Of a DNA stretch of 64,000 nucleotides, positions 1 to 16,727 are shown piece by piece. The DNA is from the human T2T-CHM13v2.0 reference genome, Homo sapiens, in the NCBI GenBank assembly GCA_009914755.4, contig CP068257.2:35040001-35104000 (forward strand), in the 5' to 3' direction. A program made the translations under genes and the position numbers. Position 1 is the stretch's first letter. Every line of letters starts with the position of its first letter. The notes under the pieces were generated by a model, which had not been told where the DNA came from, did no database searches, and was given only the letters and a program-made list of their open reading frames with translations.

Positions 1-42
1 CCTGCGCTTTTATCCCTGAATTTAAAATAAAAGTTAAAAAAT

Positions 43-475
<433 letters not shown>

Positions 476-1477
476 GAAATAAGGTTAAATAATACCTGGA
501 TAGCACCAGCAGCTCAATCTTGAGGCTTGTAGCACTAATAAGCTTTTGGAAACAAGTGAGTGTGTCCAGCATTGTTTAGCAGACATTCCCTCTCCCCTGG
601 ATGCCGTGGTACTTTATTTATGCTCTTGGGCATGTATCTTACCCCTGGACCATCCTACAGGTGGGAATCCCCTGATTGCATCTGTAATTAATGTTCCATG
701 TGTGATTTGTCCTCAGAAGCCCTGAGCTGAGGAGGCACTTAATAAATATTTATTAATTGACATTCGAGTGGACTCGTGTATTGGACACACTTAATGTACT
801 CCTCAGGTTCTCTCAGCCTCCCCTTCCCCCAGGCCCTCATCTGTGGGTTCTGCCTCCATGGGTGATCAACTTCCTTGGGCCCATGTGATTTTACTGCCTG
901 AAATCAACCAGCTCCACACCCAGAATCTCTAGCTCCTTCTGGTGTGTGGGGGCTCAGATGAAATCCACACCATAGGATATGGGATCTGGCTTCTCCCTGG
1001 CTGGGGAAGGAACTGGATGAGGCAATTGATAGTACAGGGGAGTTAATCTCCCAGTGTGTGGACTTGGGCCAATGGGACGCAGGAGATTGGAGGAAGCCTA
1101 GCAGACAAGAGCCTTCTCTCTTTCTCCCTCTAATTATTACTCTTCAACACAGTTACTCCACACAGCCCATCTGGGGACATTCCATGGAGCTGATGAGTAT
1201 ACCTGCCAGGCAATGGCCTCTGTCTACACGGCATGCTGCATTGCGTCCCATCCTGCTTGCCTCACTTCCCCTTGACCACACTCTCACTGCCCAAAGAGTG
1301 CACCTTTCAAATAAAGCCTTTGCCCTTAATCCTTGCCTCAGGCTCTGTTTTCTTGGGGACTTGGGCTAAGACAGGTCATGTGAACGTTGCACAAGCCAGA
1401 TAACAGGGAGGAAAAGGCTTTCTGAATTGAGACCATGTATGAGACAAGGGCTGGGATTGTTAATAAGCCCATTCAGT

Positions 1478-1971
<494 letters not shown>

Positions 1972-2106
1972 TAATTTTTGTATTTTTAGTAGAGATGGGG
2001 TTTCACCATCTTGGCCAGGCTGGTCTTAAACTCCTGACCTTGTGATCCACCTGCCTCGGCCTCCCAACGTGCTGGGATTACAGGTGTGAGCTACCACACC
2101 TGGCCT
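1972..2106 (-). mobile_element. Left-arm remainder of the split older Alu
   Basis: Begins taatttttgtatttttagtagagatggggtttcacc, which is contiguous in the Alu consensus with the end of 1478-1647. Ends ...ctaccacacctggcc. Confidence 0.85.
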
Positions 2107-3030
2107 CAGTGAATTTTTATTGAACTGTTTGATTAACATGGTCATGCCAACTACCACCTTGGAGCCCAGGTCATCAGAAAATCAGAGGCACCAGGCTGTG
2201 GGCCCCATGCACCAGCTCACTCCCCTGGGCTCCAGCTCAGCCCAGCCTGATAGCCCAAAAAGTCTTCCTCTCAGCCGTTTTGTGTGTGGGGCTGTGTCTT
2301 CTTTAGCAGCTTGCAAATTCCAGCCATGGAAACCCAAGCAAGGGCAGAGAATCAGAGCAGATTCTCTCCTTTACCTTGTGCTATATTTTAACAAATTAAT
2401 GCAGTTGTAGTTATGTAGAAAGAGATTTGCTCTCGGGTAATGAGGACAACATGGCAGCCTAACTGCTGGTGCATGAATTGGGCAGGCAGGAGGCCTTACC
2501 CTCAGGGACACCTGCTCTCTCTTAGGTCGGCCAATCCACAACAGGGCGCTCATCCAATTTCTGTCCACCTGAGAGTCCACGAGGGCACACCCAGCTGTGC
2601 TCCTTCCTGATCAGGTCCCACTTACCACCCACAAAAGGGGAGAACGTGGCTCTTTTGAAGGATCCTCATTGAGGGCTCTCATGAGTAAATTATCAATGAA
2701 AGTTGATAATTAAAGCAACTACCTCATTTGTTGATAATCCAGCAACAAGTGAGGTAGTTACATTAATATTAAAAGCAGTAACACACACCTTAGATTTGTA
2801 TGGCATTGTGTTGTTTTAAAAATTCTTTTCCAGGTATTGTGCAGTCTGATTACAATGGCACAAGCTACAGCTCAAGCAGCCTTGAGCTAAGAATCGTTGA
2901 ATAGTAGCAGTGCCATAGGGTTCAATGTATTCGGCAGCCGACGTCCAGATTCCAGGGGAAAGGCAACGTGATTACACAGAGGCTTTGTGAAGGGAAGGAC
3001 TAAAGGAAGAGATGTAGAAAGAGGGGAAAG

Positions 3031-3312
<282 letters not shown>

Positions 3313-3351
3313 AAAAAAAAAGAAAAGGAAGAAAGGAAGAAAGGAAGAAAA

Positions 3352-3426
<75 letters not shown>

Positions 3427-3477
3427 GAGGGAGGGAGGGAGGGAGGGAAGGAAGGAAGGAAGGAAGGAAGGAGAAAG
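3313..3477. repeat. Long (GAAA)n / (GGGA)n / (GGAA)n purine microsatellite
   Basis: About 25 consecutive gaaa units followed by gggagggagggagggaaggaaggaagg. It sits at the Alu poly-A tail position. Confidence 0.95.
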
Positions 3478-3487
3478 ATTAAGAAAT

Positions 3488-3746
3488 GGGCACTTTGGGA
3501 GGCCAAGGTGGGCGGATCATGAGGTCAGGAGATCGAGACCATCCTAGCTAACACGGTGAAACCCCGCCTCTACTAAAAATACAAAAAAATTAGCTGGGTG
3601 TGGTGGTGGGCGCCTGTAGTCCCAGCTACTTGGGAGGCTGAGGTGGGAGAATGGCATAAACCCGGGAGGCGGAGCTTGCAGTGAACAGAGATCATGCCGT
3701 CAAAAAAAAAAAAAAAAAAAAGAAGAAGAAGAAAAAGAAAAGAAAT
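3488..3746 (+). mobile_element. Alu SINE, 5'-truncated, with a long A/GAA-rich tail
   Basis: gggcactttgggaggccaaggtgggcggatcatgaggtcaggagatcgagacc...cggagcttgcagtgaacagagatcatgccgtcaaaaaaaa. Confidence 0.9.
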
Positions 3747-4528
3747 CGGCATGAAATCAAAGTGGCCAACAAGGACCACTTTTCCTATGGAGAAGAGTTC
3801 AGTGTGGTTTTGAGGTTTGGAATTTGATCTGTATTCTTTCAACCAACAATGAACAGATTTAAAAGTAGGTATTTGACAAGTATTTGCTCACTGATGAACA
3901 AACACAGAGGTCAACAAAAGAGGGTTACCAGCACCCCAGAGTGAAAGAATGGAGAGTGGGAATGCGGCTTGTTTGTCTAAGCAGTGGTGGAGCTGAAGCC
4001 ACTTTGATTTCCAGTATGGAATAATTCGTCAGGTGACCTGGGATGAGAATGTTAACCCTCTTTTTGTTGTTATGAAAAAGGCGGATAATATCTATTCCAT
4101 ACAGGGCAGCACTAAAGGAGGGTAAACATGATTGATCACTGTGACTTTGAGGAAGGAAGACAGTATAATAAATACTAATTATAATAACCATTCCTGGCTT
4201 CTAAGAAAAATGCCTTTTAAAAAAGGAAGGAAGGAAAGAACAATCCCTCCAACAGGGGGCCTCCTGGGACAGGCTTGGTGTGTCATGGCCTCGTGCCGGT
4301 CCGAATAAATCCAAAGGGGAAAGGATTCGGTGACAGTTCACAACAGCAGGAGCAGGCAGAAGACCTTCGCTTTTTTCAACGTTTTACATAAATTAATTTC
4401 ATGTTTCAATTGCCACATTATCACAACTTTAGATTAATATACATGGGGCCAAGACTTGCAGATAATTGTATATTTCTGCACTTCACGTAAATGCTAGCTA
4501 TAAACATTTAAAATGTAAAATGTAAAAT

Positions 4529-5316
<788 letters not shown>

Positions 5317-6682
5317 GTAAAGTCCATAAACTAGCTTCATATAAAAACTCCGGTATATACAACGACAGATATTTCATCATCTCTGGCCCCTAGCAAATAG
5401 TTGCATCCTTGAGTGAATCATTTCAGCTCTCTGTGACTTTGTAATTCCAATCTTATATCCTGTACACTGCCTAGTGCCTTCTGGAAATAAATGGGAACAT
5501 GCCTGAACTTTCCAGATAAATTTACCAGCCCTTTAGCCCTTCCCCTCTCGGCTCTCTGTTTCTTCCCTGTTTCTCGAGAACACGCACATGGTTTACAGCG
5601 TGCTTTACAGCGTTTCAAGCCCAAACAGAACACGCTCCACAGGGAAGGGGCTGATTGGTTTAGTTTTCAGGCAGCCCCGCGAGGGGTGGTAATTGACACT
5701 TGAACAATGACATGTTGCATTCCTTCATATCGCAGCAGTAATTGAACACACATGAACCCCCTGCACTGGTGACCCTGGAGTGTGCCACACACCTGGAAAT
5801 AGTGAGGTTCAATTAATATGTCACCGCCACTAAGCAGCTACCAGTGAGAACCACCAGTCAGCTGCCACAGCCCAGCGGTCACAGAACAAAGCAGAGAGCA
5901 ATGCGGGGTGAACCCCGGGAGCTGCTGCTCCCCTGCAGAGCTTCCCCGGACTGGCCCCTAAAATCTGGTTTTCCCAAAAAAACTTACTCACTTTTAATGA
6001 CTCCAATTAATTTTATCTAACAGCTTTGTTCACCTCTCCCTCAAAGAGTTATTTTTGCATTAAAATAGCAAAATGCTCAACTAGAAGGGGACGGCAATGA
6101 CCCAGCTAAATTTTTGTGATGACACTTTTAATATAAAAAACAGATCAGAAATGGAATATGATATGAATATGAATATGAAAGGCGGGATTCAAGCCAAGGA
6201 AATAAAGAAAGAATGATGGATTCCACCTCTTTCATTCAGTCCCTTGAGTATTTGTGGTGTGCTGACAGTAGCCCGGGGTTACTGCAGAGATTATTGCAAG
6301 CCTGGCAGCTGCTCTTCCAGAGCTCACAGACTCGGGGTGATAGCACAATGATGTGGGACAAATCCCCCGAGGCAGAGAATGGGGCACCCAGGGCAGCCTC
6401 ATCAGTGCCCTCCCCTCATCTGGAAATCTCAGGAGACTTCCTGGAGGAAGCTGCATCTAAGCTGGAGAAGCAGCAGGAGTGAGGAGGGGAAGAGAAGGGA
6501 GAGGGGAGAGGGGTCCAGGCAGAGGCCAGCACTGCCAAGGCTGTGAGGCCAGAGAGAAAGTGGCAACATGAGGAGGGGGTGCAGAAGGAAAAGGGGAGTT
6601 TGGAAGCCAAGGTCAGAAGTGGGCACTTCCATTTCAGAGCCTAGTTACACTTTTTCCAGAACCAATAGCTATTCTCCTCCTT

Positions 6683-6684
<2 letters not shown>

Positions 6685-6751
<67 letters not shown>

Positions 6752-6765
6752 AAGAGCGAGAGAGA
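6685..6765. repeat. (CA)n followed by (GA)n compound microsatellite
   Basis: acacacac x ~22, then agagagag x ~16. Confidence 0.95.
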
Positions 6766-7096
6766 ATATTAGCATTCAAACAAGAGTAAAGCTACAATTT
6801 TGGCATATTCTTGGAAGAGAGGAAAATGGACATTTCATTTTATATTTAATAAATTCCATTTAATTAATTAACAAAACCTGGCAGCACTCCCCGAATGAAT
6901 GAAAATCTGCCAAATCTGAAGGCCAACAACGCTGTTGCACAAAGTCTGACAACTTGCTGTCCCTGGCCACACCCCAGCCCAGATCTCCCTGCCAGCCTTG
7001 TCATTTTGTCGTGCGTTTGCTGGCAGTGGCACGCAGCGGGTTACTTCGGGTCTCTGGGCTCAGGCTTCCCCTGTAAGGTGAGGAGCTGTGACTTAG

Positions 7097-7598
<502 letters not shown>

Positions 7599-7884
7599 AA
7601 CATGTGTTTATCTCTACACTCTCCTCAAATCTCACTAAAATGACAGTAAAGGCAAAAAAAGGAACACACTTGCAGAGACAACAAGGTCAGGAGAAGAAAC
7701 CGTGGAATATGAGAAAGCTTAGCAATATTTTGAAGGGAGAACAATGCATGGGCTAATGGTCTCTGGCTTAGCGGGCTGGAGAGAGATGAGCCCTGCCAGC
7801 TGGAGTGAGGTGGAGGGGGTGAGCCCTCAAGAAACAAGATGATTTCTGATCCAGAATCACAGAAACACTCAGAAATCAGGGGCT

Positions 7885-7886
<2 letters not shown>

Positions 7887-7918
<32 letters not shown>
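7887..7918. repeat. (AT)n microsatellite abutting the Alu poly-T tail
   Basis: atatatatatatatatatatatatatatat. Confidence 0.9.
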
Positions 7919-8238
<320 letters not shown>

Positions 8239-10290
8239 AGCCCCAGGTATTTCTGAATGTGAGAGTACACCAGCAAGCTGCGGAGGAGGGTTGGTTGGAA
8301 GACTGTGCAGGGGAAGGCAGACCCTCAGGCCCCTCCTGGGTGCACCAGTGTTGCTGGTGCTGCTCACCTGATCTCTGAATGTCTGCTGCTTGCCCTCCCC
8401 TTCAGAATACTGGATATTTCCTCTCTGACCAGGTGAACCAGAGAGGCTCAGGGCACTGGATCCAGCTGAGGGCAGCAGAATGAAAAGCATGCTCACTGAA
8501 CAGGGAGATAAACCCACCCCATCCAATGGTGTTGAAAAGTATGGTGTAGTCTTGGAGGGACCAGTGTTCCCAAACTTGCAGGATATCACCGGAACCCAAA
8601 CTGGAATTATGGTTTAATGCCTCTCAAAACTGGTGAGCCCACTGTTCTTCTCACATGTATCTCCATATGTGGACGTGCACCAGAGCCTTTTTCTACCCTC
8701 TGAAGGAGAGAAGCGTTCTGTTTAGGGGCTCGTAGAAGAGAGGAACATGAGAAGGCTGAGAAGAGTGGAGGACCCAACAGAGAACTACCATCTCCAGTCT
8801 CCCAGGCTGGGTTGAGCCTCAGCAGAAAAGCGTGTTGACCTCAGCACGGGCAGTGGAAAACCAGACATCCAATGTGTTTGCAAGAAATATTCATTTAGAT
8901 TCACAGAGCTCTTGGTCTAAGCCTAGGATCTTGGTAGGAGAGGGAGGCGGGGGTCTTTGGCCTCTGGGATTCATTGTATCAACCACCAGCAATCTTTGGA
9001 ATGGGCCAGCTGCTCCCTAGGCCAGAGCTGTTAGGGCTGGAGGCGGGGAGGCCATTTGGACAGTTGAAGAACTCTGTAAAACTACCTTATGCACCTGCAG
9101 GTAAAGTCACATTTTGGGGTTATCAAAGTCTAAATTAAATGGTACATAGTATAATTAGTGCTGGATTGGGAAAGAGAAGAATTGCTCATTATATACCCAC
9201 CGCTGTCATTATTGGGACAAAACGATCTTCCACTGGCCCCACCAGAGCCCACCTCTGCAAGGGCCACGGCCAGCATCCTCACCCACAATTGTTGCCTCAC
9301 TCGTGGGTTCTTTCACGTGGCTGTGTGGACCATGTAGGTGACCTCCCCCGTGCTCTCTCTGAGCCACTGTAAAAAAACTGATTCTTCAGTGCATGGGAAG
9401 TTCCTGTGGCCCTGCCGGTTCTCGGACCCGGCCTTGACCCGAAGGGCACTGATGTTCTGCTCAAGTGCAGAAGGGCTGGATTTTGCAGGGTCAGGAAATA
9501 CATTTGTGCAGTGACTACAAGATCCCCCTGACATCTTGGTTTGTGGGAAATGCAGATTTTCTTTTTTCTGTAACTTAAATTTGGCTCTCAAGGCCCCGTT
9601 TCTGCTGGTGGTGGGATACACTGGTATTAATCTTGCCAAGTCAAGGTCAACTCCAGCTATTTGTTATTTAAAGCATAATCCCTTTGAAGTAACTCTTTAG
9701 ACAATTCATCGTTCTCATCAATTCCAGGAGCTTCCCCTCCGTGTCTGCCCACTCCGGTCACCCCCTTTCTTGGCACTGGTGATGGCACTCCTCCAGAAAA
9801 ATGCCACCCTTGTTCTGGCAGGATCTGACTTCCAATCCAGCCCACAGCCTATGACCCCTTGTCCCTCAGCTCAGGGACCCATGGCTGGCATTGTCAACAC
9901 CTCCCTGCCAGGCACCTGGAAATACTCACTCTTTGCCCATATCCCATTGGGCTAGGGCCATCTAAGACCCCATTGAGGGCTGGGTGCATGGTTCACCTTC
10001 TTTCCTGTCCTCCCCCAATTCCTGGGGGCTTCAATGTTTTGTTTTAATAAAGAGCCCATTTCCTCACTCCTGGCTTTGTGGAGCAACCATGAGACCCCAG
10101 GAGGGACCCCAGAGTCTGACTGTGTACACATGGGGGCCATATGCAGGACTTAGATCCATCCTTCACCCAACGAGATTCAATTTCGAAACAGCTCAGATAT
10201 CTCCTCCCTAACAAGTTTAGCCTTCTCCTTGTCCTGTCAAAAGGGAACAGTGTCCTGGTGCCTACTTGATCTGTCAAAAAATCTTTTCCT

Positions 10291-10587
10291 GGCCAGGCAC
10301 GGTGGCTCACGTCTGGAATGCCAGCACTTTGGGAGACTGAGGCACGTGAGTCACTTGAGGTCAGGAGCTCGAGACCAGCCTGGCCAACTTGGTGAAACTC
10401 TGTCTCTACCAAAAATACAAAAATTAGCCAGGCGTGGTGGTGCACACCTGTAATCCCAGCTACTCAGGGGGCTAAGGCAGGAGAATTGCTTGAACCTGGG
10501 AGGCAGAGGTTGCAGTGAGCTGAGATCGCACGACTGTACTCCAGCCTGGGTGACAGAGCAAGGCTCTGCCTCAAAAAAAAAAAAAAA
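10291..10587 (+). mobile_element. Alu SINE
   Basis: ggccaggcacggtggctcacgtctggaatgccagcactttgggagactgagg...ccagcctgggtgacagagcaaggctctgcctc plus poly-A. Confidence 0.95.
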
Positions 10588-12898
10588 CTTCCTCATTTTT
10601 TCTCCTTCTTCTTCCCAATTCTGTATTCCTGTTCTGTAAAACGAAGGGGGATTTATCTTTCTGATATCTAATCAGATGCACAAATAGGACAAAAGTCTTG
10701 AGCCCAAAGGAGAGCAAGGTTGGATACGCAAGTTAGATAAGATGGGAGAGGACATCTCTGCAAATGGTGGGACACACAGAAAGTAGCAAAGGCCAAATGA
10801 TAGTGGGTGACAAGCAAGGAGGAGGAATCCAGTCAGTGAGAAAGAGCTGGCAAACTTCAGCAGAAACACGGCTGAAGCACAGCGCTGGCAAAGGGGACTC
10901 TGGCAGGGTATGTGTGCTTGGGACAAATTAGCCTTCAAGTCTACCGTCTCTGAGGGGACACCAGCTGAGGGGAAGCTGACCCTGGCTGCCAGCCCCAAGC
11001 TTTGGGGAGGCCTGTCCTGGGGGTCAGTGGTCCGCTGACTCCCCACCGTGCCCACCTCCTCGGCTTCCCAGCTGCGGTGGCCCAGGGAGGCCTCCTGCCA
11101 TGCCCACCCCCACCAAGCCCCATCTCAGCGCTCCACTGGGGGCTCTTAGCCCAGCCCCCATTGCACCTCTGACGGCAGGAGCTGCAGTGACTCTGGCACC
11201 TGGGTCTGGCCTGGCCGGCCCCACCGCTGGGAACTGCAGTCTAGTCTAGAAGGTCCAGGCAAACTCTGCCCAGGAGAGACAGAGGAAGGAGCCCTCAGAG
11301 AGCTGCTCTCCCTGTCTCCCCATCCCACAGCCTGTCCCAAGCATCAGTGGTTAAAGGTGGCTTCTCCTGAGATGTCTCATGTGCCCGATGTCCTGGGGCG
11401 CTGTGGCCAGCTGAGCAAAGCCCCGCCTAGCACTGACACCCCTCCTTTTCTGCCTCCCTTTCCTTCTCCCCTCACTCTGGCTTCTCTGGGGTTGCACCAA
11501 CCACCACCCCAAAAAGGGATTCACACATAAGCTTTGCTGCAGGCTCTTTTCTAGGGCGCTGAACTAGCTTTGCCTCTGGAAAATGGTGCCTCTCTGCGGA
11601 GGGGCGAGAGGCTGCCTTCTGCAAATTATCACCTCGTTAATTTTCTGGAATGGGTGTAGAGGCATATCATCTGTGTTCATTTCCTTCTACAAACTGGGTG
11701 GCTTAACACAACAGAAATGTATTCTGTCTCAGTCCTGGAGGCCAGAGGTCTGGCAACAAGGTGTACACAGGGCTAGGGCAGGATCCTTCCTTGCCTCTCC
11801 CAGCTTCAGGAGCTCCTGGCACTCCCTGGCATTCCTGGCTTGTGGTTGCATCCCCCTCCTATCTCTGCCTCTGTGTTCACAGCGCCTCCTTCCCTATGTT
11901 TCTGCCCAAGCTGTCTCGGCTTCCCACTTCTAAGGACACTTGGGGTGCCATGTGGGGCCCAGCCAGGTAAGCCAGGATGATCACCTCACCTCGGGATCCT
12001 TAACCGTCACATCCTTTCTCCCAACAAGGTCACATTCACAGGCTCCGGGGATTAGCTTTGGGTGGGGGGCATTTTTCAATCTAGCATACCATCCTCACTC
12101 CCCTGGCTGAAATGTGCAGCAGAGAAAGAGAAAAGAAAGAAAAACAAGTGAAATGCCAACCCAACAATTCTAAAATTCCGAGACGCATGAGCAGGGAAAA
12201 GTGCGATGTTTCCATTTCTAGTGCCTTCTGCGCCACAGGAGAGATCAGACCTTCAGTCTTCATATCGGCATGTGTTATTTCTTCCTTGGGAGAAACAAAG
12301 CGAATCATCCAGTATTGCCGAGTGGAACGGCACACACGTGGGAGGGCTGGGAGTAGCTGGGTGTCCCCGGCTCCTGGTGAGAACCCCCGCCACCCAACCT
12401 CCCCCAGCCTCCCAATGGCTTATTTCAACACCTTTGGGCCAAGAAAGCTGGAGTGGAACTGTCAGTGCCCCCATTTAAAACCCATTTGTGAATGGCTCAT
12501 AAATCACACCCTTAGAAAACTCACTCCTCATTATAATTCTGCAGAGAAAAACTCTGTTCAGCAATTGCAATAAATGTGAGAGTGAGTAGGTTGCTTTTTC
12601 AGCAGGGGGTCATATGGAAGAGGGTTTTGCATTATATTCTTCAGTCTTAATAAAAACAGGAATAATTACGAGCATGTCTCCAAATGTACAAAGTCTCTGC
12701 TGTCAGACTTCACAGTGGCCGCTGAACACAAAGTGTGATTTCGGAGAAGCCAGAAAGGGTCACAATCCCCAAGACCTCAACCTTGCTGACCCAGTGAAGC
12801 AACTAGGTTAAAGTCCCAAATTCTACCATTAGAGCTTCCTTTCTTTGGGTTTGCCCCTGGTCAAAACATTAACATTGCTGGAAGGAGTCACATTTTAA

Positions 12899-13273
<375 letters not shown>

Positions 13274-14634
13274 TAGTGCACGGTGATGCACCAGATAGGA
13301 TAAGGAGACATCATTGAGGGTGAAGATGAACAATCACAGTCCGGGCTGAGTCCCAGGCTATGCCTGGAGAAGGCCTCTGTGAATCTGATTTTATAGAAAA
13401 CCTAAAATGTACTAAGTGCCTACTCGACATCCAGGGCTATGTTCTTCCACATAGAGTGTCTCATTTAATCCTCACATTAACCTGTGAGGTAGGCACCAAA
13501 GCTCCTCCAGGTGTGAGTGGGATGGGATCTAAAAGGTCGCTCCTAAGTCCACTGTTCTAGTTCAAAATGACACCAAATGAGTTAAGGGTGTATGTCCATA
13601 TAAAGTTAAGTTTTACAAAAGAACTGTAAGTGATAACTTCTATTTCCAGACCATGAAGAACTAGGAGCTTGAGGGACTGACTTACTTCCCAACAAGATCT
13701 CAGACATGACATATTCCTGGAGGTGGAAGTCTTCAGGGATGCCATGAAATAGACAGACACAGACAAAGGAAAGCTGAGCCTGAAAGAGGATGGGGGAGGT
13801 GCAGGAGAGGAAAGGAGGTAGATGATCGCTCCTGTGACCAGAACTGAACAGGAATCACCAGTGACCAGGGCCTCCACACTCAGGAGCTGGTTGAAAGGCA
13901 GGGAGCTGGGGCCGGAGTAACTAACTGAGAATCGGAGTGATCAGAACTGGCCTGAACCTGTGGCAACAGGCCAGGGGGTCAGGTGGTCCCGAGGCAGGGT
14001 CCCATGTGGGGCCTGAATCTGAGATTCTCACTCTATGAAAAATTATTTGAGAGATTCTAAGGTGATCATGAATGGAGGAGAGGGGGCTTCCCCAGCTATT
14101 GGCACAAGCAGAGGTAGTCTCTTTGGAGGAAACTTTTCCCCAAGTTAGTTTTGCAGGAATCCCACAAATTAAAATTATGCATGACTTCACAAGCAAAAAT
14201 TGACAGATACTTGGGAAGGCAAGTCACTATGAATGACAGCTAACCGGGGCAAGAAACATTCCATCCCAAGAACAACAGATGTTCTGTCATTGCGACAAAA
14301 TGCAGAATAGTTAAGTATACAATGTTTAAAGAAGAAAGAATATACTTATAAAGATGAATAAACAAGAAGAAACTATGAAGCATGAATGGATAGAATCAGG
14401 AAAAAAACATAATTAAATTGTAAAAAATGTATTACTATAACTATTAAATTAAAAAACTGAATGGACAAGTTAAACAGTTGATTACACTGTTAAGGAGGGA
14501 ATTAATGAGCTGGAAGATATATTTGAATAACTTATCTGGAATTCAGCAGAGAAATAAAGAGCTGGAAATGTGAAAAATATAAAGGATATGGAGACTAGAA
14601 TGAGGAGGTCTAGCATGGGGCTGGGAAACAATGG

Positions 14635-15003
14635 CTCATGTGCCAAATCCTGCTGGCCACCTGTGATGGTTAATACTGAGTGTCAACTTGATTGGATTGA
14701 AGGATACAAAGTATTAATCCTGGGTGTGTCTGCGTGGGCATTGCCAAAAATGATTAACAGTTGAGTCAGTGGGCTGGGGAAGGTAGATCCACCCTTAATC
14801 TGGTGGGCACCATCTAATCAGCTGCCAGTGAATATAAAGCAGGCAGAAAAACGTGAAAAGGAGAGATGGGCCTTTCTCCTAGGCTGGATGCTTCCTGCCC
14901 TGGAACATCGGACTCCAAGTTCTTCAGTTTTGGGACTCAGACCTGGCTCTCCTTGCTCTTCAGCTTGCAGACGGCCTATTATGGGACCTTTGATCGTGCA
15001 AGT
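14635..15003. mobile_element. Old LTR-like interspersed repeat. The family could not be named by eye.
   Basis: Motifs gtgtcaacttgattggattgaaggatacaaagtattaatcctgggtgtgtctg...catcggactccaagttcttcagttttgggactcag...cagcttgcagacggcctattatgggac...taataaactcccctata are recognisable as a common mammalian repeat. Confidence 0.4.
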
Positions 15004-15037
15004 TAATACTTAATAAACTCCCCTATATATATATATG

Positions 15038-15074
<37 letters not shown>

Positions 15075-15086
15075 GCACATATATAT
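15004..15086. repeat. (TA)n(CA)n(TA)n compound microsatellite
   Basis: tatatatatatatgtatacacacacacacacacacacacacacgcacgcacatatatata. Confidence 0.9.
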
Positions 15087-15278
15087 ATTCTGTCCCTCTA
15101 AGAGAACCCTAATACACCACCTGTCTTTATAAATAAAGTTTTATTGGAAAACAAACTCCTTTGTTTACACACTGCCTTTGGCTTCTGTCACACTGCAAGA
15201 GGGTTGAGTAGAGTTGAGAATGTACATGTCCTTCAAAGCCTAAAATATTTACTCTCTGGCCTTTTACCAAAAAAGTTT

Positions 15279-15581
15279 GGGCCAGTCGTGGTGGCTCATG
15301 CCTGCAATCTCAGCACTTTGGGAGGCTGAGGTGGGAGGATTGCTTGAGCCCAGGAGGTCGAGACCAGCCTAGGGAACATAGTGAGACCCTGTCTCTACAA
15401 AAAAAAAAAAAATTAAAAATTAACTGGGCATGGTGGCACACACCTGTGGTTCCAGCCACTCAGGAGGCTGGGACGAGAGGATTGCTTTCAGTCTGAGAGG
15501 TTGAAGCTGCAGTGAGCCATGATCACACCACTGCAGTCCAGTCTCAGTGACAGTGAGACCCTGTCTCAAAAAAAAAAAAAA
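15279..15581 (+). mobile_element. Alu SINE, diverged and AluJ-like
   Basis: gggccagtcgtggtggctcatgcctgcaatctcagcactttgggaggctgagg...gcagtgagccatgatcacaccactgcagtccag plus poly-A. Confidence 0.9.
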
Positions 15582-16059
15582 TTTCCCCTGCTGTAGTCTA
15601 TATCTGACTGGGAACACAGAAGGAAAAAATGGAGAGAAAGGAAGAGAGGCAATATTTTAAAAGGTAATGACTAGATTTTCCCAAACTAATTTAAAACATG
15701 AAGCCACATATCCAGAGAGTACAACATATTCTGAGCAGGCTAAATAAAAGACAGTCATACTGCTGTTCTAGGTTGAATTGTATTCCTGCAAAAGATGTTG
15801 AAATTCTAACTCTCAGCACCTGTGAATATGACCTAATTTGGAAATAGGGTCTTTGCAGATGTAATCAAGTTAAGGATCTTGACATGAGACCATTCTGGAT
15901 TTGATATGGGATCCAAATTCAATGATTGATGTCTTCGTACAAAAAAAGCAAAGAGAATGAGAGATCAGTGGTATGAAGACACAGGGAAGAAGCCACGTGA
16001 AAACAAATCCTGCCCAAGCCAAAGAGAGTGTGGGGCCACGAGAAGCTGAAACAGGCAGC

Positions 16060-16260
16060 AGGAGTTCTCCCCTAGAGCCCTTGGAGGGAGCACGCCTTGA
16101 TTCTAGACTCCTGGCCTTCAGAGCTGTGAGAGAATAAACTTATGTTGTTTAAAGCCACCCAGTTTGTGGTGATTTGTTACGGCAGCCCCAGGGAACAAAC
16201 ACAGATTTTGGTGTTGATGTGGGAGAATAAAAAATGATTCCAAGTTCTTTGTTATTCCCC
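16060..16260 (+). mobile_element. 3' portion of a MaLR-related LTR-like repeat, same family as 22940-23340 and 29931-30147
   Basis: gccttgattctagactcctggccttcagagctgtgagagaataaacttatgttgtttaaagccacccagtttgtggtgatttgttacggcagcccc. Confidence 0.45.
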
Positions 16261-16348
16261 ACACTAAAGAGATACTATTTATTTCCCCTCCTCTTGAATC
16301 TGGGCTGGACCGTGACTGTTTTAACCAACAGAATATGCAGAAGTGATG

Positions 16349-16727
16349 CTGTATTAGTCCGTTTTCATGCTGCTAATAAAGACATACCTGAGATTGGGTA
16401 ATTTACAAAGGAAAGGGGTTTAACTGGCTCATAGTTCAGCATGGCTGGGGAGGCCTCAGGAAACTTACAATCATGGCAGAAGGGGAAGAAAACATGTCCT
16501 TCTTCACAGGGCAGTAGAAAGGAGAAGAATGAGTGTTCAGTGAAGGGGAAGGCCCCTTATAAAACCATCAGATATCATGAGAACTAATTCACTAATACGA
16601 GAACATGATGGGGGAAATTGCCCCCATGGTTCAATTATCTACACCTGGTCCCTCCTATGACATGTGGGGATTATGGGAACTACAATTCAAGATGAGATTT
16701 GGGTGGGGACACAGCCAAACCATATCA
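16349..16727 (-). mobile_element. THE1/MST-type MaLR solo LTR
   Basis: Reverse complement of the THE1/MST consensus: tgtattagtccgttttcatgctgctaataaagacatacctgagattgggtaatttacaaagg...gggattatgggaactacaattcaagatgagatttgggtggggacacagccaaaccatatca. Confidence 0.7.

Noticed and set aside
3313-3477. Regularly repeated arrays, (GAAA)n here and at 21931-22033, considered as possible CRISPR-like or tandem functional repeats
   Set aside because: They are pure tetranucleotide microsatellites without unique spacers. They sit at Alu tails in a primate genome, and CRISPR does not occur in eukaryotic nuclear DNA.
12112-12573. 153-aa ORF in unique intergenic sequence
   Set aside because: It has no recognisable domain or family signature and no splice or promoter context. 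A length of 150 aa is within the chance expectation for 64 kb in six frames.
14635-15003. Attempt to assign a precise family name to this repeat and to the 16060/22940/29229 repeats
   Set aside because: The sequences are recognisable by eye as common interspersed repeats of LTR/MaLR type. I cannot reliably recall the exact Repbase or Dfam family names without a library search, so they are reported generically with low confidence.
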